Below are positions 8,798 through 17,832 of a stretch of DNA of 64,000 bases, piece by piece; within the stretch, counting starts at the first letter, position 1, and the number at the start of each line of letters is the position of its first letter. This DNA comes from Campylobacteraceae bacterium (lineage in GTDB: Bacteria > Campylobacterota > Campylobacteria > Campylobacterales > Sulfurovaceae), in assembly GCA_027034975.1 (NCBI GenBank), contig JALVWQ010000051.1, positions 7,321 through 71,320 on the forward strand, in the 5' to 3' direction. The translations under genes and the position numbers were made by a program. A model generated the notes under the pieces. That model did not search any database, was not told where the DNA came from, and saw only the letters and a program-made list of their open reading frames with translations.

Positions 8798-8947
8798 TTA
8801 CTTACGATCTCTCTTCTCTTTTTCGACTAAATCTTTTCGTTCGCCATCCTCGTTAAATTTACTTTCGAAATTTCTTTTAATTATTAAAAAGGTCATAAAA
8901 GCAAAAAGGATAGCAACAATAATATAGAGGTAATCAAAAAATCCCAT
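8798..8947 (-). CDS. Small membrane protein (49 aa), hypothetical
   Basis: My own translation, too short for the track: MGFFDYLYIIVAILFAFMTFLIIKRNFESKFNEDGERKDLVEKEKRDRK. One TM helix and a charged tail. It starts 10 nt after the trmL stop on the same strand. Confidence 0.4.
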   Translation of the reverse strand: MGFFDYLYIIVAILFAFMTFLIIKRNFESKFNEDGERKDLVEKEKRDRK

Positions 8948-8956
8948 TATGAGCCT

Positions 8957-9445
8957 TTACGATTTAAAGTCTATAGTGATCTTTTTAAAATCACTCTGAG
9001 AGTAGTTTTGTCGTAGAGCTTCGTAGGTAACAATACCGGTACTTGTGGCAAGATTGAGGCTTCTGCCCTTTTCGCCCATTGGTATTGTAATGCATTTATC
9101 TAAATTAGCTTTCAATAGATCTTCTGGTAACCCTTTTGTTTCGGCTCCAAAGACTAAGTAGTCTCCACTCTTATACTCTGCTTCCCAGTAGATTCTATCT
9201 ACCTTTGTTGTGGCAAAGTGCATCTTCTCTATTGGGTTATTGGCTAAAAATACTTCTAGACTCTCCCATACAGTTAAATCTAACTCATTCCAGTAGTCTA
9301 AGCCTGCTCTTCGAATCGCTTTTTCATCTATTTGAAAGCACATAGGCTCAATAAGGTGCAACTTAGCACCCAAGTTAACACACATTCTACCAATACTACC
9401 TGTATTTTGTGGAATCTGAGGCTCTACTAAAACGATATTAAACAT
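8957..9445 (-). CDS. trmL: tRNA (cytidine/uridine-2'-O-)-methyltransferase TrmL (SpoU family)
   Basis: MFNIVLVEPQIPQNTGSIGRMCVNLGAKLHLIEP...RRAGLDYW aligns closely with my memory of E. coli TrmL/YibK. Confidence 0.85.
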   Translation of the reverse strand: MFNIVLVEPQIPQNTGSIGRMCVNLGAKLHLIEPMCFQIDEKAIRRAGLDYWNELDLTVWESLEVFLANNPIEKMHFATTKVDRIYWEAEYKSGDYLVFGAETKGLPEDLLKANLDKCITIPMGEKGRSLNLATSTGIVTYEALRQNYSQSDFKKITIDFKS

Positions 9446-10281
9446 TAAAAAATCACCGTTTTATTATTGTGTACGAATACTCTATCTTCAAGTACAAGTT
9501 TAAGTGCTCTTGAGAGTACAATCTTCTCTACATCTCGCCCAGCTCGCTGCATATCTTTCCAATCAAAGCGGTGGTTTACACTAATGACATCTTGAGCAAT
9601 GATTGGACCTTCATCAAGATCGTTTGTAACAAAGTGTGCGGTTGCTCCGATAATTTTAACCCCTCTATTATAGGCTTGCTTATAAGGGTTTGCACCAATA
9701 AATGCTGGCAAAAAAGAATGGTGGATATTGATTATCTTTCCCTCATAGGTAGCAACAAATTTTGGTGTTAAGATACGCATATATTTTGCTAAAACAATAT
9801 AATCAAAGCTATATTTAGCAAGCTCTTGCATAACAAGGTCTTCGTGCTCTTCTCGGCTTATTCCATCGGCACTTATGGTTATAAATGGGATTCCAAAGCG
9901 TTCGACTAAGCTCTTTAGATTATCTCTGTTGCCAATAACTGCAACAATATTTGCCTCGAGCTCGCCATCGATATAGCGAATTAAGAGATCTCCAAGAGCA
10001 TGTGACTCTTTTGTAACCATTAAGATAATGTTTTTCTTTGCAGGGGTAATTACTTTAACATCAGCCCTACCCCCAAGCTCTTTATTGAGTGTATTCTCTA
10101 GGCTTTTTGCATCAAAATCGCCGGCTACTACGCTGCGCATAAAGAAGTGCTGATCCTCTTTATCAACAAACTCACGGTTGCTTATAATATTGAGATCATG
10201 CTCATAGAAGACCTTTGAGACTCGATAGACAAGACCCTTTTGGTCGTTGCAATCTATTAATACCCGTGCTCTATTTGCCAT
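9445..10281 (-). CDS. purU: Formyltetrahydrofolate deformylase
   Basis: N-terminal ACT-like region plus a formyltransferase core (IINIHHSFLPAF, GATAHFVT..LDEGPII); 278 aa. Confidence 0.9.
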   Translation of the reverse strand: MANRARVLIDCNDQKGLVYRVSKVFYEHDLNIISNREFVDKEDQHFFMRSVVAGDFDAKSLENTLNKELGGRADVKVITPAKKNIILMVTKESHALGDLLIRYIDGELEANIVAVIGNRDNLKSLVERFGIPFITISADGISREEHEDLVMQELAKYSFDYIVLAKYMRILTPKFVATYEGKIINIHHSFLPAFIGANPYKQAYNRGVKIIGATAHFVTNDLDEGPIIAQDVISVNHRFDWKDMQRAGRDVEKIVLSRALKLVLEDRVFVHNNKTVIF

Positions 10282-10285
10282 CTAC

Positions 10286-11359
10286 TCAACTTTTAGCAAC
10301 ATAGTTAGCAATAATACTACCCATTTCACTACATGAGACAATCTCTTTTGCATCGTATGCACTTAAATCTCCTGTTCTGTAACCATCTGCAAGTACCTTT
10401 TTAATGGCACTCTCAATTGCATCTGCAGCTTCTGTTTCGTTCAATGCATATCTTAGCATCATTGCAGCACTTGCAATTGTAGCAATTGGGTTTGCGATCC
10501 CCTGCCCTGCAATATCTGGTGCACTCCCATGAATTGGCTCGTAAAGCCCTACTTTATTTCCTACACTTGCACTTGGCAATAATCCAATTGAACCACTTAA
10601 CATACTTGCTGCATCTGAGAGAATATCGCCAAAGATATTGCCCGTAACAATAACATCAAACTGTTTTGGCTGGCGAATAAGCTGCATTGCTGCATTATCA
10701 ACATACATATGGCTTAACTCTACCTCTGGATACTCTTGAGCAACCTCTTCTACTACTTCCCTCCAGAGTTGGCTTACCTCTAGAACATTTGCTTTATCGA
10801 CAGAGCATACTCTCTTATTTCGCTTCATAGCGATATCGAAAGCAACTTTTGCAATTCTTACAATCTCTTCTCGTGTATAAACCATAGTATTATAGGCTTT
10901 TTGAGGTGTATACTCACGAGGTTCTCCAAAATAGATACCGCCAGTAAGTTCACGAACAACCATAATATCTACACCCTCAACTACACTTGGCTTAAGCGTA
11001 GAAGCATTTACAAGCTCGTCGTACACAATTGCGGGTCTCAAATTTGCAAATGTGCCCATCTCTTTTCGAAGCTTCAAAAGTCCTGTCTCTGGGCGTAAGT
11101 GTCTCTCTAGATTATCCCACTTAGGGCCCCCAATTGCACCAAAGAGTACTGCATCTACACGGTTAACACCATTAAGTGTCTCTTGAGGAATTGGTGAACC
11201 GGTTTCATCAATGGCTGCACCACCTAATAGAAATTCTTCATATTGGAGCTCAAAATTAAAGTGGCTAGCAGTTGCATCTAACACTTTCATTGCTTCATCT
11301 ATAATCTCAGGACCGATACCATCGCCTTTAATGATACCTATTTTATATGATTTACCCAT
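10286..11359 (-). CDS. leuB: 3-isopropylmalate dehydrogenase
   Basis: [14 protein letters not shown]..., NLFGDILSD-type motif ([25 protein letters not shown]); 357 aa. Confidence 0.95.
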   Translation of the reverse strand: MGKSYKIGIIKGDGIGPEIIDEAMKVLDATASHFNFELQYEEFLLGGAAIDETGSPIPQETLNGVNRVDAVLFGAIGGPKWDNLERHLRPETGLLKLRKEMGTFANLRPAIVYDELVNASTLKPSVVEGVDIMVVRELTGGIYFGEPREYTPQKAYNTMVYTREEIVRIAKVAFDIAMKRNKRVCSVDKANVLEVSQLWREVVEEVAQEYPEVELSHMYVDNAAMQLIRQPKQFDVIVTGNIFGDILSDAASMLSGSIGLLPSASVGNKVGLYEPIHGSAPDIAGQGIANPIATIASAAMMLRYALNETEAADAIESAIKKVLADGYRTGDLSAYDAKEIVSCSEMGSIIANYVAKS

Positions 11360-11362
11360 TAC

Positions 11363-11857
11363 TTACGCTCCCTTATTAGCTATCTCTTTTTTTGCAAACT
11401 CTATGAGTCCGCCACTCTCTACCAACTCTTGCATAAACTCTGGAATAGGAGTGAATTTATAGGTTTTTCCAGTAGTTTCGTTAATTACCTCTCCTCTATC
11501 CATATCTATCTTTACAATATCACCTTCGTTGATCTCATCGATCTCTTTAAGTTCAAAGATTGGAAGCCCCATATTAAACGCATTTCTGTAGAAGATTCTT
11601 GCAAATGTTGGTGCAATAACTGCAGCTACTCCAGCTGCTTTCAATGCAATTGGAGCATGCTCTCGGCTACTTCCACATCCAAAGTTTTCATCTGCTACGA
11701 TAATGTCACCTGGTTGCATCTTTTGTGAAAATTGAGGATCAGCATCTTCCATGATATGCTTTGCTAACTCTTTTGGATCACTCGTATTTAAGTACCTTGC
11801 GGCAATAATAATATCTGTATCGATATTTTTACCAAATTTCCAAACTTTTCCTTGCAC
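11363..11857 (-). CDS. leuD: 3-isopropylmalate dehydratase small subunit
   Basis: [21 protein letters not shown]..., [11 protein letters not shown] moved the start to GTG 11857 (AAGGA 6 nt upstream). The track start 11896 would include a TATAAT box. Confidence 0.9.
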   Translation of the reverse strand: MQGKVWKFGKNIDTDIIIAARYLNTSDPKELAKHIMEDADPQFSQKMQPGDIIVADENFGCGSSREHAPIALKAAGVAAVIAPTFARIFYRNAFNMGLPIFELKEIDEINEGDIVKIDMDRGEVINETTGKTYKFTPIPEFMQELVESGGLIEFAKKEIANKGA

Positions 11858-11885
11858 AAGATATCCTTCGAAAAAAATTTTGGCT

Positions 11886-11891
11886 ATTATA
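11886..11891 (-). promoter_or_regulatory. Candidate -10 box (TATAAT) for leuD-leuB-purU-trmL
   Basis: The reverse strand reads GGGTATAATAGCC about 30 nt upstream of the preferred GTG start. Confidence 0.3.
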
Positions 11892-12115
11892 CCCAACTTT
11901 TTACAATCTGTAGCTTGGATGTTAAGAAATATGCTCTAATTTCACTGCTTCTGATACAATCATCTATACATTATCATAATTTTTCATAAAAAAATAGAAA
12001 TTTCATACGAAATCGAAAAAATTTCGGTATAATATAACTCATTTTCTTACAGGCTAAAACCCTAGTCAGTTAAATTATTACAATAGTGAATATATGCTTA
12101 TAGGAGCCCCTTTCA

Positions 12116-13975
12116 ATGTCTTCAAAAAAAACATCCGATCCAATTGCAAAAATAGAAAAAAGCTTTTCAAAACTCAAAAAGAACTCATTGGCAACATACG
12201 AAGGTATTGTCAAAGAGTTCGATAAAGCACCAACAGCGGCACAAGCCAAAAAGATTAAATCGCTAGCAAAGAAGTATAATGTTAGTGTTGTCTCTGCATC
12301 TGAATATGCAAAAGTTGTTAGCGATAAGAACGAGCAAAAGCTTGAAGCTCAGCGAGAAGCTGCAAGCACTCAAGAGATAGATGATGAGTTCGATATCACC
12401 AAAGATAAAGAGCTCCTAGAGTGGAGCCGTAGTGACTCTCCTGTGCGAATGTATCTTCGTGAAATGGGAAAAATCCCACTCTTAACAAAAGAGGAAGAGG
12501 TAGAGTTAAGCCAACGCATCGAAGAGGGTGAAGATATTATTATCGATGCAATCTGCTCTGTTCCATACCTTATTGATTATATTCTCAACTATAAAGAGCC
12601 ACTGCTTAATAGAGAGCGACGCGTAAAAGAGCTCTTTAAGAGCTTTGATGATAGCGACGAAGAAGAGGTTGATGAGGTCGAGGAGAAAGAAGGAGAAGAG
12701 AGTACAGAAAACCCAAAGGTTAATAAAAGGGTCTCTCAAGTTGTAGAACGCTTTAAGGCACTCGAAAAGGCCAAGAAAGAGTGGATGAAAGAGAAAGAGA
12801 AGTTCGATAAACTCTTAGAAGAGGGTGAAACAAATGAAGATACCCTTTTTCATATGCAGCTAAAAGTTGCCTATAAGAAGCATCTTCTTAAAAATGCCCT
12901 CTTGGCTCTTGGTCCAACAAGTAAGCTTATTAACGAGCTGGTAAAAGCAATCGAGACAGCACTCAAAAGCGATGATGCTTTCGATAGAGAGTTAAAGAAA
13001 CTAGAGTATAAACTACAGCTCTTTAACGACCAGCTGCGAGCAGAGCACCAGAAGATCTTAGATAATATCGTTAATATGAGCAAAGAGGATATTGCTAATG
13101 TTGTTCCAGAGGCAACAATGGTAAGTACCTATGTGCAGATTAAGAAGCTCTTTGAGACAAAAGAGGCGAGTAAAAATAGTTTTAACCTTGATCCTAAAAA
13201 ACTCGAAGAGATCCTCCAGCAGATCCGTATAGGGAAGCAAAAGAGTGAAACGGCAAAGACACGAATGGCAAAATCGAACCTTCGTTTAGTTGTCTCTATT
13301 GCAAAACGCTACACAAACCGTGGTCTGCCTTTCTTAGATCTTATCCAAGAGGGTAACATTGGTCTTATGAAAGCAGTAGATAAGTTCGAATACCAAAAGG
13401 GATATAAGTTCTCTACCTATGCAACATGGTGGATTCGTCAAGCAATTAGCCGTGCAATTGCTGACCAAGCAAGAACTATTCGTATTCCAATCCATATGAT
13501 TGAGACAATTAACAGAATCAATAAGATTATTCGTAAGCACCTCCAAGAGAGTGGAAAAGAGCCAGATTTAGAAGTGATAGCAAAAGAGGTTGGACTTACA
13601 GTTGATAAGGTAAAAAATGTTATTAAAATCACAAAAGAGCCTGTGAGTCTTGAAGCTCCTGTAGGAGACGAAGATGATGGAAGATTTGGTGACTTTATCG
13701 AAGATAAAAACACACTTAGCCCTACAGATGCGGTTATGAATGACGACCTTAACCAGCAGATAGATGAGGTTCTAGAGCAACTCAATGAGCGAGAGCAAGC
13801 AGTTGTAAGAATGCGGTTTGGTCTCTTAGATGATAAGAGTGATAGAACTTTAGAAGAGATAGGTAAAGAGCTTAATGTAACAAGAGAGCGTGTAAGACAG
13901 ATTGAGAGTAGTGCTATTAAGAAGCTTAAACACCCTAAGGTTGGTAGAAAACTTAAAAACTACATTGAAGAGTAG
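12116..13975 (+). CDS. rpoD: RNA polymerase primary sigma factor (sigma-70)
   Basis: Regions 1.2 to 4.2 are recognisable ([70 protein letters not shown]); 619 aa. Confidence 0.95.
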   Translation: MSSKKTSDPIAKIEKSFSKLKKNSLATYEGIVKEFDKAPTAAQAKKIKSLAKKYNVSVVSASEYAKVVSDKNEQKLEAQREAASTQEIDDEFDITKDKELLEWSRSDSPVRMYLREMGKIPLLTKEEEVELSQRIEEGEDIIIDAICSVPYLIDYILNYKEPLLNRERRVKELFKSFDDSDEEEVDEVEEKEGEESTENPKVNKRVSQVVERFKALEKAKKEWMKEKEKFDKLLEEGETNEDTLFHMQLKVAYKKHLLKNALLALGPTSKLINELVKAIETALKSDDAFDRELKKLEYKLQLFNDQLRAEHQKILDNIVNMSKEDIANVVPEATMVSTYVQIKKLFETKEASKNSFNLDPKKLEEILQQIRIGKQKSETAKTRMAKSNLRLVVSIAKRYTNRGLPFLDLIQEGNIGLMKAVDKFEYQKGYKFSTYATWWIRQAISRAIADQARTIRIPIHMIETINRINKIIRKHLQESGKEPDLEVIAKEVGLTVDKVKNVIKITKEPVSLEAPVGDEDDGRFGDFIEDKNTLSPTDAVMNDDLNQQIDEVLEQLNEREQAVVRMRFGLLDDKSDRTLEEIGKELNVTRERVRQIESSAIKKLKHPKVGRKLKNYIEE

Positions 13976-14003
13976 TAGAATCTAGCCATAGAGGATTTTT
14001 AGA

Positions 14004-14753
14004 TTGAAAGATTACAACTTTTATGCACTCATTATAGGTACAGAGCTTTTAAACGGCAGACGCGAAGATAAGCATTTTGGCTTTTTAAGAGATACTTTAA
14101 AAAATAGAGGTTTAAAATTTAGTGGCTCTTTTATAATAGATGATACTCCTGAGCTAATTGCCTCTACAATCTCTTATATTGCAAACCTACCTGATTCTGT
14201 GCTCTTTAGTTTTGGAGGTATTGGCTCAACGCCAGATGATCACACAAGGTTGGCTGCCGCAAAAGCTTTAAAAGATGGCAAACTCTACCCAAACAGAGAG
14301 TTTGAAAAACTTATAATTGAACGACTTGGCAAAAAGGCTTACCCACACCCTATCAATATGGCAAAGCTCCCAATTGGTGCAAAGCTACTGCCAAATCCAG
14401 TAAATAAAATGCCAGGTTTTTCACTAGATGATAGATTCTTCTTTATGCCAGGCTTCCCAGAAATGAGCCACCCAATGGTTGAGTATGCTTTAGAGAAATA
14501 CTTTAAAGAGAGTGGCAAAACAGAATATCGCTACACACTAACAGCACTTTGTAGAGAGAATGAGTTTATAGAGTTAATGCAAAATAGTCCAAAGGGTGTA
14601 GAGGTCTCCTCTTTGCCAAAACTCTATAGCGATGGGGCAAGAACAACTATCTCCGTTGCGTCATATGATCAGGAGAAAGCCAAAAGAGAGTTTGATAAGT
14701 ATATAGAGTATTTAGAAAATAAAAGTATTCCATACGGTTTAGGAGAAGAGTAA
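14004..14753 (+). CDS. CinA-like / MoCF-biosynthesis (molybdopterin-binding) domain protein
   Basis: ALIIGTELLNGRREDKHFGFL... and GGIGSTPDDHT are typical of the CinA N-terminal/MoaB-like fold. Confidence 0.7.
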   Translation: MKDYNFYALIIGTELLNGRREDKHFGFLRDTLKNRGLKFSGSFIIDDTPELIASTISYIANLPDSVLFSFGGIGSTPDDHTRLAAAKALKDGKLYPNREFEKLIIERLGKKAYPHPINMAKLPIGAKLLPNPVNKMPGFSLDDRFFFMPGFPEMSHPMVEYALEKYFKESGKTEYRYTLTALCRENEFIELMQNSPKGVEVSSLPKLYSDGARTTISVASYDQEKAKREFDKYIEYLENKSIPYGLGEE

Positions 14754-14878
14754 TCAAACTGCAACTTAACGCTACCATTCTCCCTATCAAAGTAGTAAAA
14801 AAAGATATTAAACACCTCTATTATCAGATACATGATGAGTATATAGAGGTTCGATGCAATAGAAGCTACAGTAACTCA

Positions 14879-15439
14879 ATGATACTCACACTTTTAGAGA
14901 ACAATATTGCAAAAATTGCAAAGATGCACGCTAAATTACTTGCAAAAAGAGAAGATAAAGAGGAGCTTTTTGAACTTTACTATTTAGGCAAAAAGTTAAA
15001 GATAGTAGTAGATATAGATGCCAATAGAAGTTTTGAGAGTGCTAGAGTTGAAGATAATAGTTGCTTTGTAGAGCTTATAGCTCCATTAAATATCGAAACA
15101 AAAGAGCGAATAAGAGAGCATATCTATAAAAATTGTGCCCCTACTCTCTTTTTAGATCGCGTAGAGAAATTTGCTCATCAGATGCAACTCTTTCCAAGCA
15201 GAGTCTCTTTTCGAAAAGCAAAAACAAGATGGGGGAGTTGTTCGAGTAAAAACTCTATCTCTCTTAATATTGCTTTAACTGCACTTCCTAGGTATTTAAG
15301 TGACTATATTATAATTCATGAATTAGCTCACATAAAAGAGAAAAACCACTCAAAGGCCTTTTGGGCATTGGTTGCAAAGTACTACCCAAATCATAAAGAA
15401 GCAAGAGAAGAGTTAAAGAAATTTGCAACAATTTTGTAA
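14879..15439 (+). CDS. YgjP/DUF45-family metal-dependent hydrolase (M48-like HExxH)
   Basis: TRWGSCSSKNSISLN and IIIHELAHIKEKNHSKAFW motifs. The frame is open, and looks like family N-terminus, back to 14723, but without ATG/GTG/TTG (see findings). Confidence 0.8.
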   Translation: MILTLLENNIAKIAKMHAKLLAKREDKEELFELYYLGKKLKIVVDIDANRSFESARVEDNSCFVELIAPLNIETKERIREHIYKNCAPTLFLDRVEKFAHQMQLFPSRVSFRKAKTRWGSCSSKNSISLNIALTALPRYLSDYIIIHELAHIKEKNHSKAFWALVAKYYPNHKEAREELKKFATIL

Positions 15440-15499
15440 AACCTTATGCGAACAAGAAAAAATATGATAGAATTCTAAAAATTTTTTATGGAGAAGAAG

Positions 15500-16021
15500 A
15501 TGGATATTAGTAAAATTGGTCACGGTAAATGCCCAGATGAGGTAAAAGCAATCATTGAGGTTCCTTACGGATCTAATATTAAGTATGAGCTCGATAAAGA
15601 GAGTGGTGCAATTGAGGTCGATAGAGTAATGTTCTCTGCAGTATACTACCCTGCAAACTATGGTTTTGTTGCGAATACTCTCTCAGACGATGGTGACCCA
15701 GCAGATGTTTTAGTACTTGGAGAGTATCCACTTGTTCCAGGTAGCTTTATTAAGTGTAGACTTATCGGTGTGCTTTTAATGGAAGACGAGAGTGGTATTG
15801 ATGAAAAACTTCTTGCAGTACCACATGAGAAGATAGACCCAAGCTTTAAAGCAATTCAAGATATTAGTGACCTTCCTGAGCACACACTCAATAAAATTAA
15901 AAACTTCTTTGAGACATATAAGATGCTTGAGCCAAACAAATGGGTAAAAGTTACTGGATTCAAAGGGAAAAAAGAGGCTGCAGAGATATTAGAGGCTGCA
16001 ATTAAGAATTATAAAGGTTAA
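15500..16021 (+). CDS. ppa: Inorganic pyrophosphatase
   Basis: NIKYELDKESGAIEVDRV...YPANYGFV..TLSDDGDPADVLVL. ATG 15500 has GGAGA upstream; the track start 15488 is the alternative. Confidence 0.9.
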   Translation: MDISKIGHGKCPDEVKAIIEVPYGSNIKYELDKESGAIEVDRVMFSAVYYPANYGFVANTLSDDGDPADVLVLGEYPLVPGSFIKCRLIGVLLMEDESGIDEKLLAVPHEKIDPSFKAIQDISDLPEHTLNKIKNFFETYKMLEPNKWVKVTGFKGKKEAAEILEAAIKNYKG

Positions 16022-16024
16022 ATT

Positions 16025-16195
16025 GTGCTTAAAATAGTCACATTAATTACCTTAATAGTTTTTATTACAGGATGTACACAGGTGGTTACAGCACCAATTG
16101 CTGTAGCTGGCAAGGTTGTAACAACTACTATTGATGTAGCAGGTGCTGCTGGTGGTGCAGTCGTTAATACAATAAGTGGTGGGAGTGACAATTAA
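16025..16195 (+). CDS. Small Gly/Ala/Val-rich lipoprotein (56 aa), hypothetical
   Basis: My own translation from GTG: VLKIVTLITLIVFITGC-TQVVTAPIAVAGKVVTTTIDVAGAAGGAVVNTISGGSDN, with lipobox ITGC. Below the track length cutoff. Confidence 0.5.
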   Translation: MLKIVTLITLIVFITGCTQVVTAPIAVAGKVVTTTIDVAGAAGGAVVNTISGGSDN

Positions 16196-16336
16196 CACCA
16201 CTTATTATTAGCCTCTCAGTAAAATATCAAATTAATATCCTCTTTTTATTTTCTATTAATTAATATTAGGTTATAATCTAATAGCTTTGTTCTAAGGGAT
16301 ACTATATCCACAAAAACATTAAAACGAGGATTTTAC

Positions 16337-17563
16337 ATGCTAAGATTTACCACCTCTTCTACCAGTAGTTTAGATATAAACACACTAAGGGTGGCACTCT
16401 TAAACTATATTAAGTCTCATCAAGAGAGTACCGGTTTTCTCCTTCGAATTTATGACATAGACTCTTCTGTAGAGGGAGAAGAGCAAATCACTATCGATAT
16501 CCTCAAAAAATTTGCAATTGATACCGAAAATATATTTTACCAAAGTAAAAATCTCTCTATCTACCAACAGATGGCAAAACGATTAGTAGATGAAGATAGA
16601 GCATTTGCTTGCTTTTGCAATAACTCGCTAGAGTGTAGTTGCGAATCAATTGCGAAAGAGACTCTTCAAGGTCGTATAGCAAATGGCGAAAAGTTTAAAC
16701 TCTGCATAAAAAAACCTCTTGCGGATATTTGCTTTAAAGATAATATACAAGGGGAGATAACGCATAAAGCTGACGAAATTGGAAGTTTTACAATTCTAAC
16801 TAGCGATGGTAAACCCACAACACTCTTTGCATCTGCAGTTGATGATATGAGTAACGGTATTACAACTGTAATTGAAGAAGTAAAAAATAGCATCTCTACA
16901 GCAAAGATCCTCTACCTACAAGAGCAGTTTGGATATAAGAGTACAACTCAATACTTTCATATCCCTACTCTTGATAATAGCAAGAGTAAAGCTCCAACAA
17001 TTAAATATCTTCTGCAAGAGGGCTATTTACCTGATGCAATTATTGAGTATCTACTCTCTCTTACTGCACCAATAGAAAAAGAGATATACTATCTACCAGA
17101 TGCAATAGAGAGTTTTGATTTCAGTAAAATAGCTAAAAAAAGCAATAGAGATTTTTCTCTTGAAGAGCTTAGAGAGTATAACCGAAAACATCTAAAGAAC
17201 ATGGATGCAAAAAAGCTCTCTTCTATATTTGCTTTTGCAGATAACGATATAGGAGAACTTCTAAAACTCTATTTAGAAAATGCAGCTACAATCAATGAGT
17301 TAGAGGAGTACTTCAGACCACTCTTTAAAAAGAAAAAGTGCAACGATGTAGAAAAAGCACTTTCAAGATTAATCATAGAGTCACCCTACTTTAAAGAGTA
17401 TGAATCATTTAAAACTTATCTCCTTAAAAAAAGCAATTTAAGCGAGAAAGAGTTAGAACAAGCTCTTCGAAAGCTACTGACAGGTAGAGAAAAGGGCCCT
17501 AATTTAGATATAATATATAACTATTTAAAATCTTATATATTGGAGGTAGCACAATGTCACTAA
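16337..17563 (+). CDS. Glutamyl-tRNA synthetase family protein with degenerate catalytic motifs
   Basis: Clear GluRS-like backbone (MLRF...LRVALLNY...FLLRIYDID...YQS...AFACFC...GYLPDAIIEYLLSL). The HIGH, RIEDTD, ITHVIRGEDH and KLSKR positions read SLDIN, RIYDID, ITTVIEEVKN and NSKSKA. Confidence 0.85.
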   Translation: MLRFTTSSTSSLDINTLRVALLNYIKSHQESTGFLLRIYDIDSSVEGEEQITIDILKKFAIDTENIFYQSKNLSIYQQMAKRLVDEDRAFACFCNNSLECSCESIAKETLQGRIANGEKFKLCIKKPLADICFKDNIQGEITHKADEIGSFTILTSDGKPTTLFASAVDDMSNGITTVIEEVKNSISTAKILYLQEQFGYKSTTQYFHIPTLDNSKSKAPTIKYLLQEGYLPDAIIEYLLSLTAPIEKEIYYLPDAIESFDFSKIAKKSNRDFSLEELREYNRKHLKNMDAKKLSSIFAFADNDIGELLKLYLENAATINELEEYFRPLFKKKKCNDVEKALSRLIIESPYFKEYESFKTYLLKKSNLSEKELEQALRKLLTGREKGPNLDIIYNYLKSYILEVAQCH

Positions 17564-17826
17564 TTATCAATAGTCTCTTAAGTGTTGCAATTCTTGTAAT
17601 TAATATCTATATTTGGATTGTAATTATTGCAGCCCTTATCACTTTTGTTAATCCCGATCCATATAACCCAATTGTACAGTTTCTTCGTAGAGCAACAGAG
17701 CCAGTTTTTGGTTTTATACGACAGAAAATGCCATTTGTAGTGATTAATGGTATAGATTTATCACCTATTGTAGTGATTTTTGCACTCAATATCTTAATTA
17801 GTATACTCTCTGGTCTCTATATCTAA
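17554..17826 (+). CDS. YggT family membrane protein
   Basis: 90 aa with two TM segments and NPIVQFLRRATEPVFGFIR typical of YggT. Overlaps the upstream gene by 10 nt. Confidence 0.8.
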   Translation: MSLIINSLLSVAILVINIYIWIVIIAALITFVNPDPYNPIVQFLRRATEPVFGFIRQKMPFVVINGIDLSPIVVIFALNILISILSGLYI

Positions 17827-17832
17827 AAAAGG

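Noticed and set aside
13438-13785. 115-aa antisense ORF within rpoD
   Set aside because: It lies entirely inside a strongly supported gene on the opposite strand. It is a Ser/Ile/Leu-rich translation typical of antisense frames of AT-rich, GAA/AAG-rich coding sequence.
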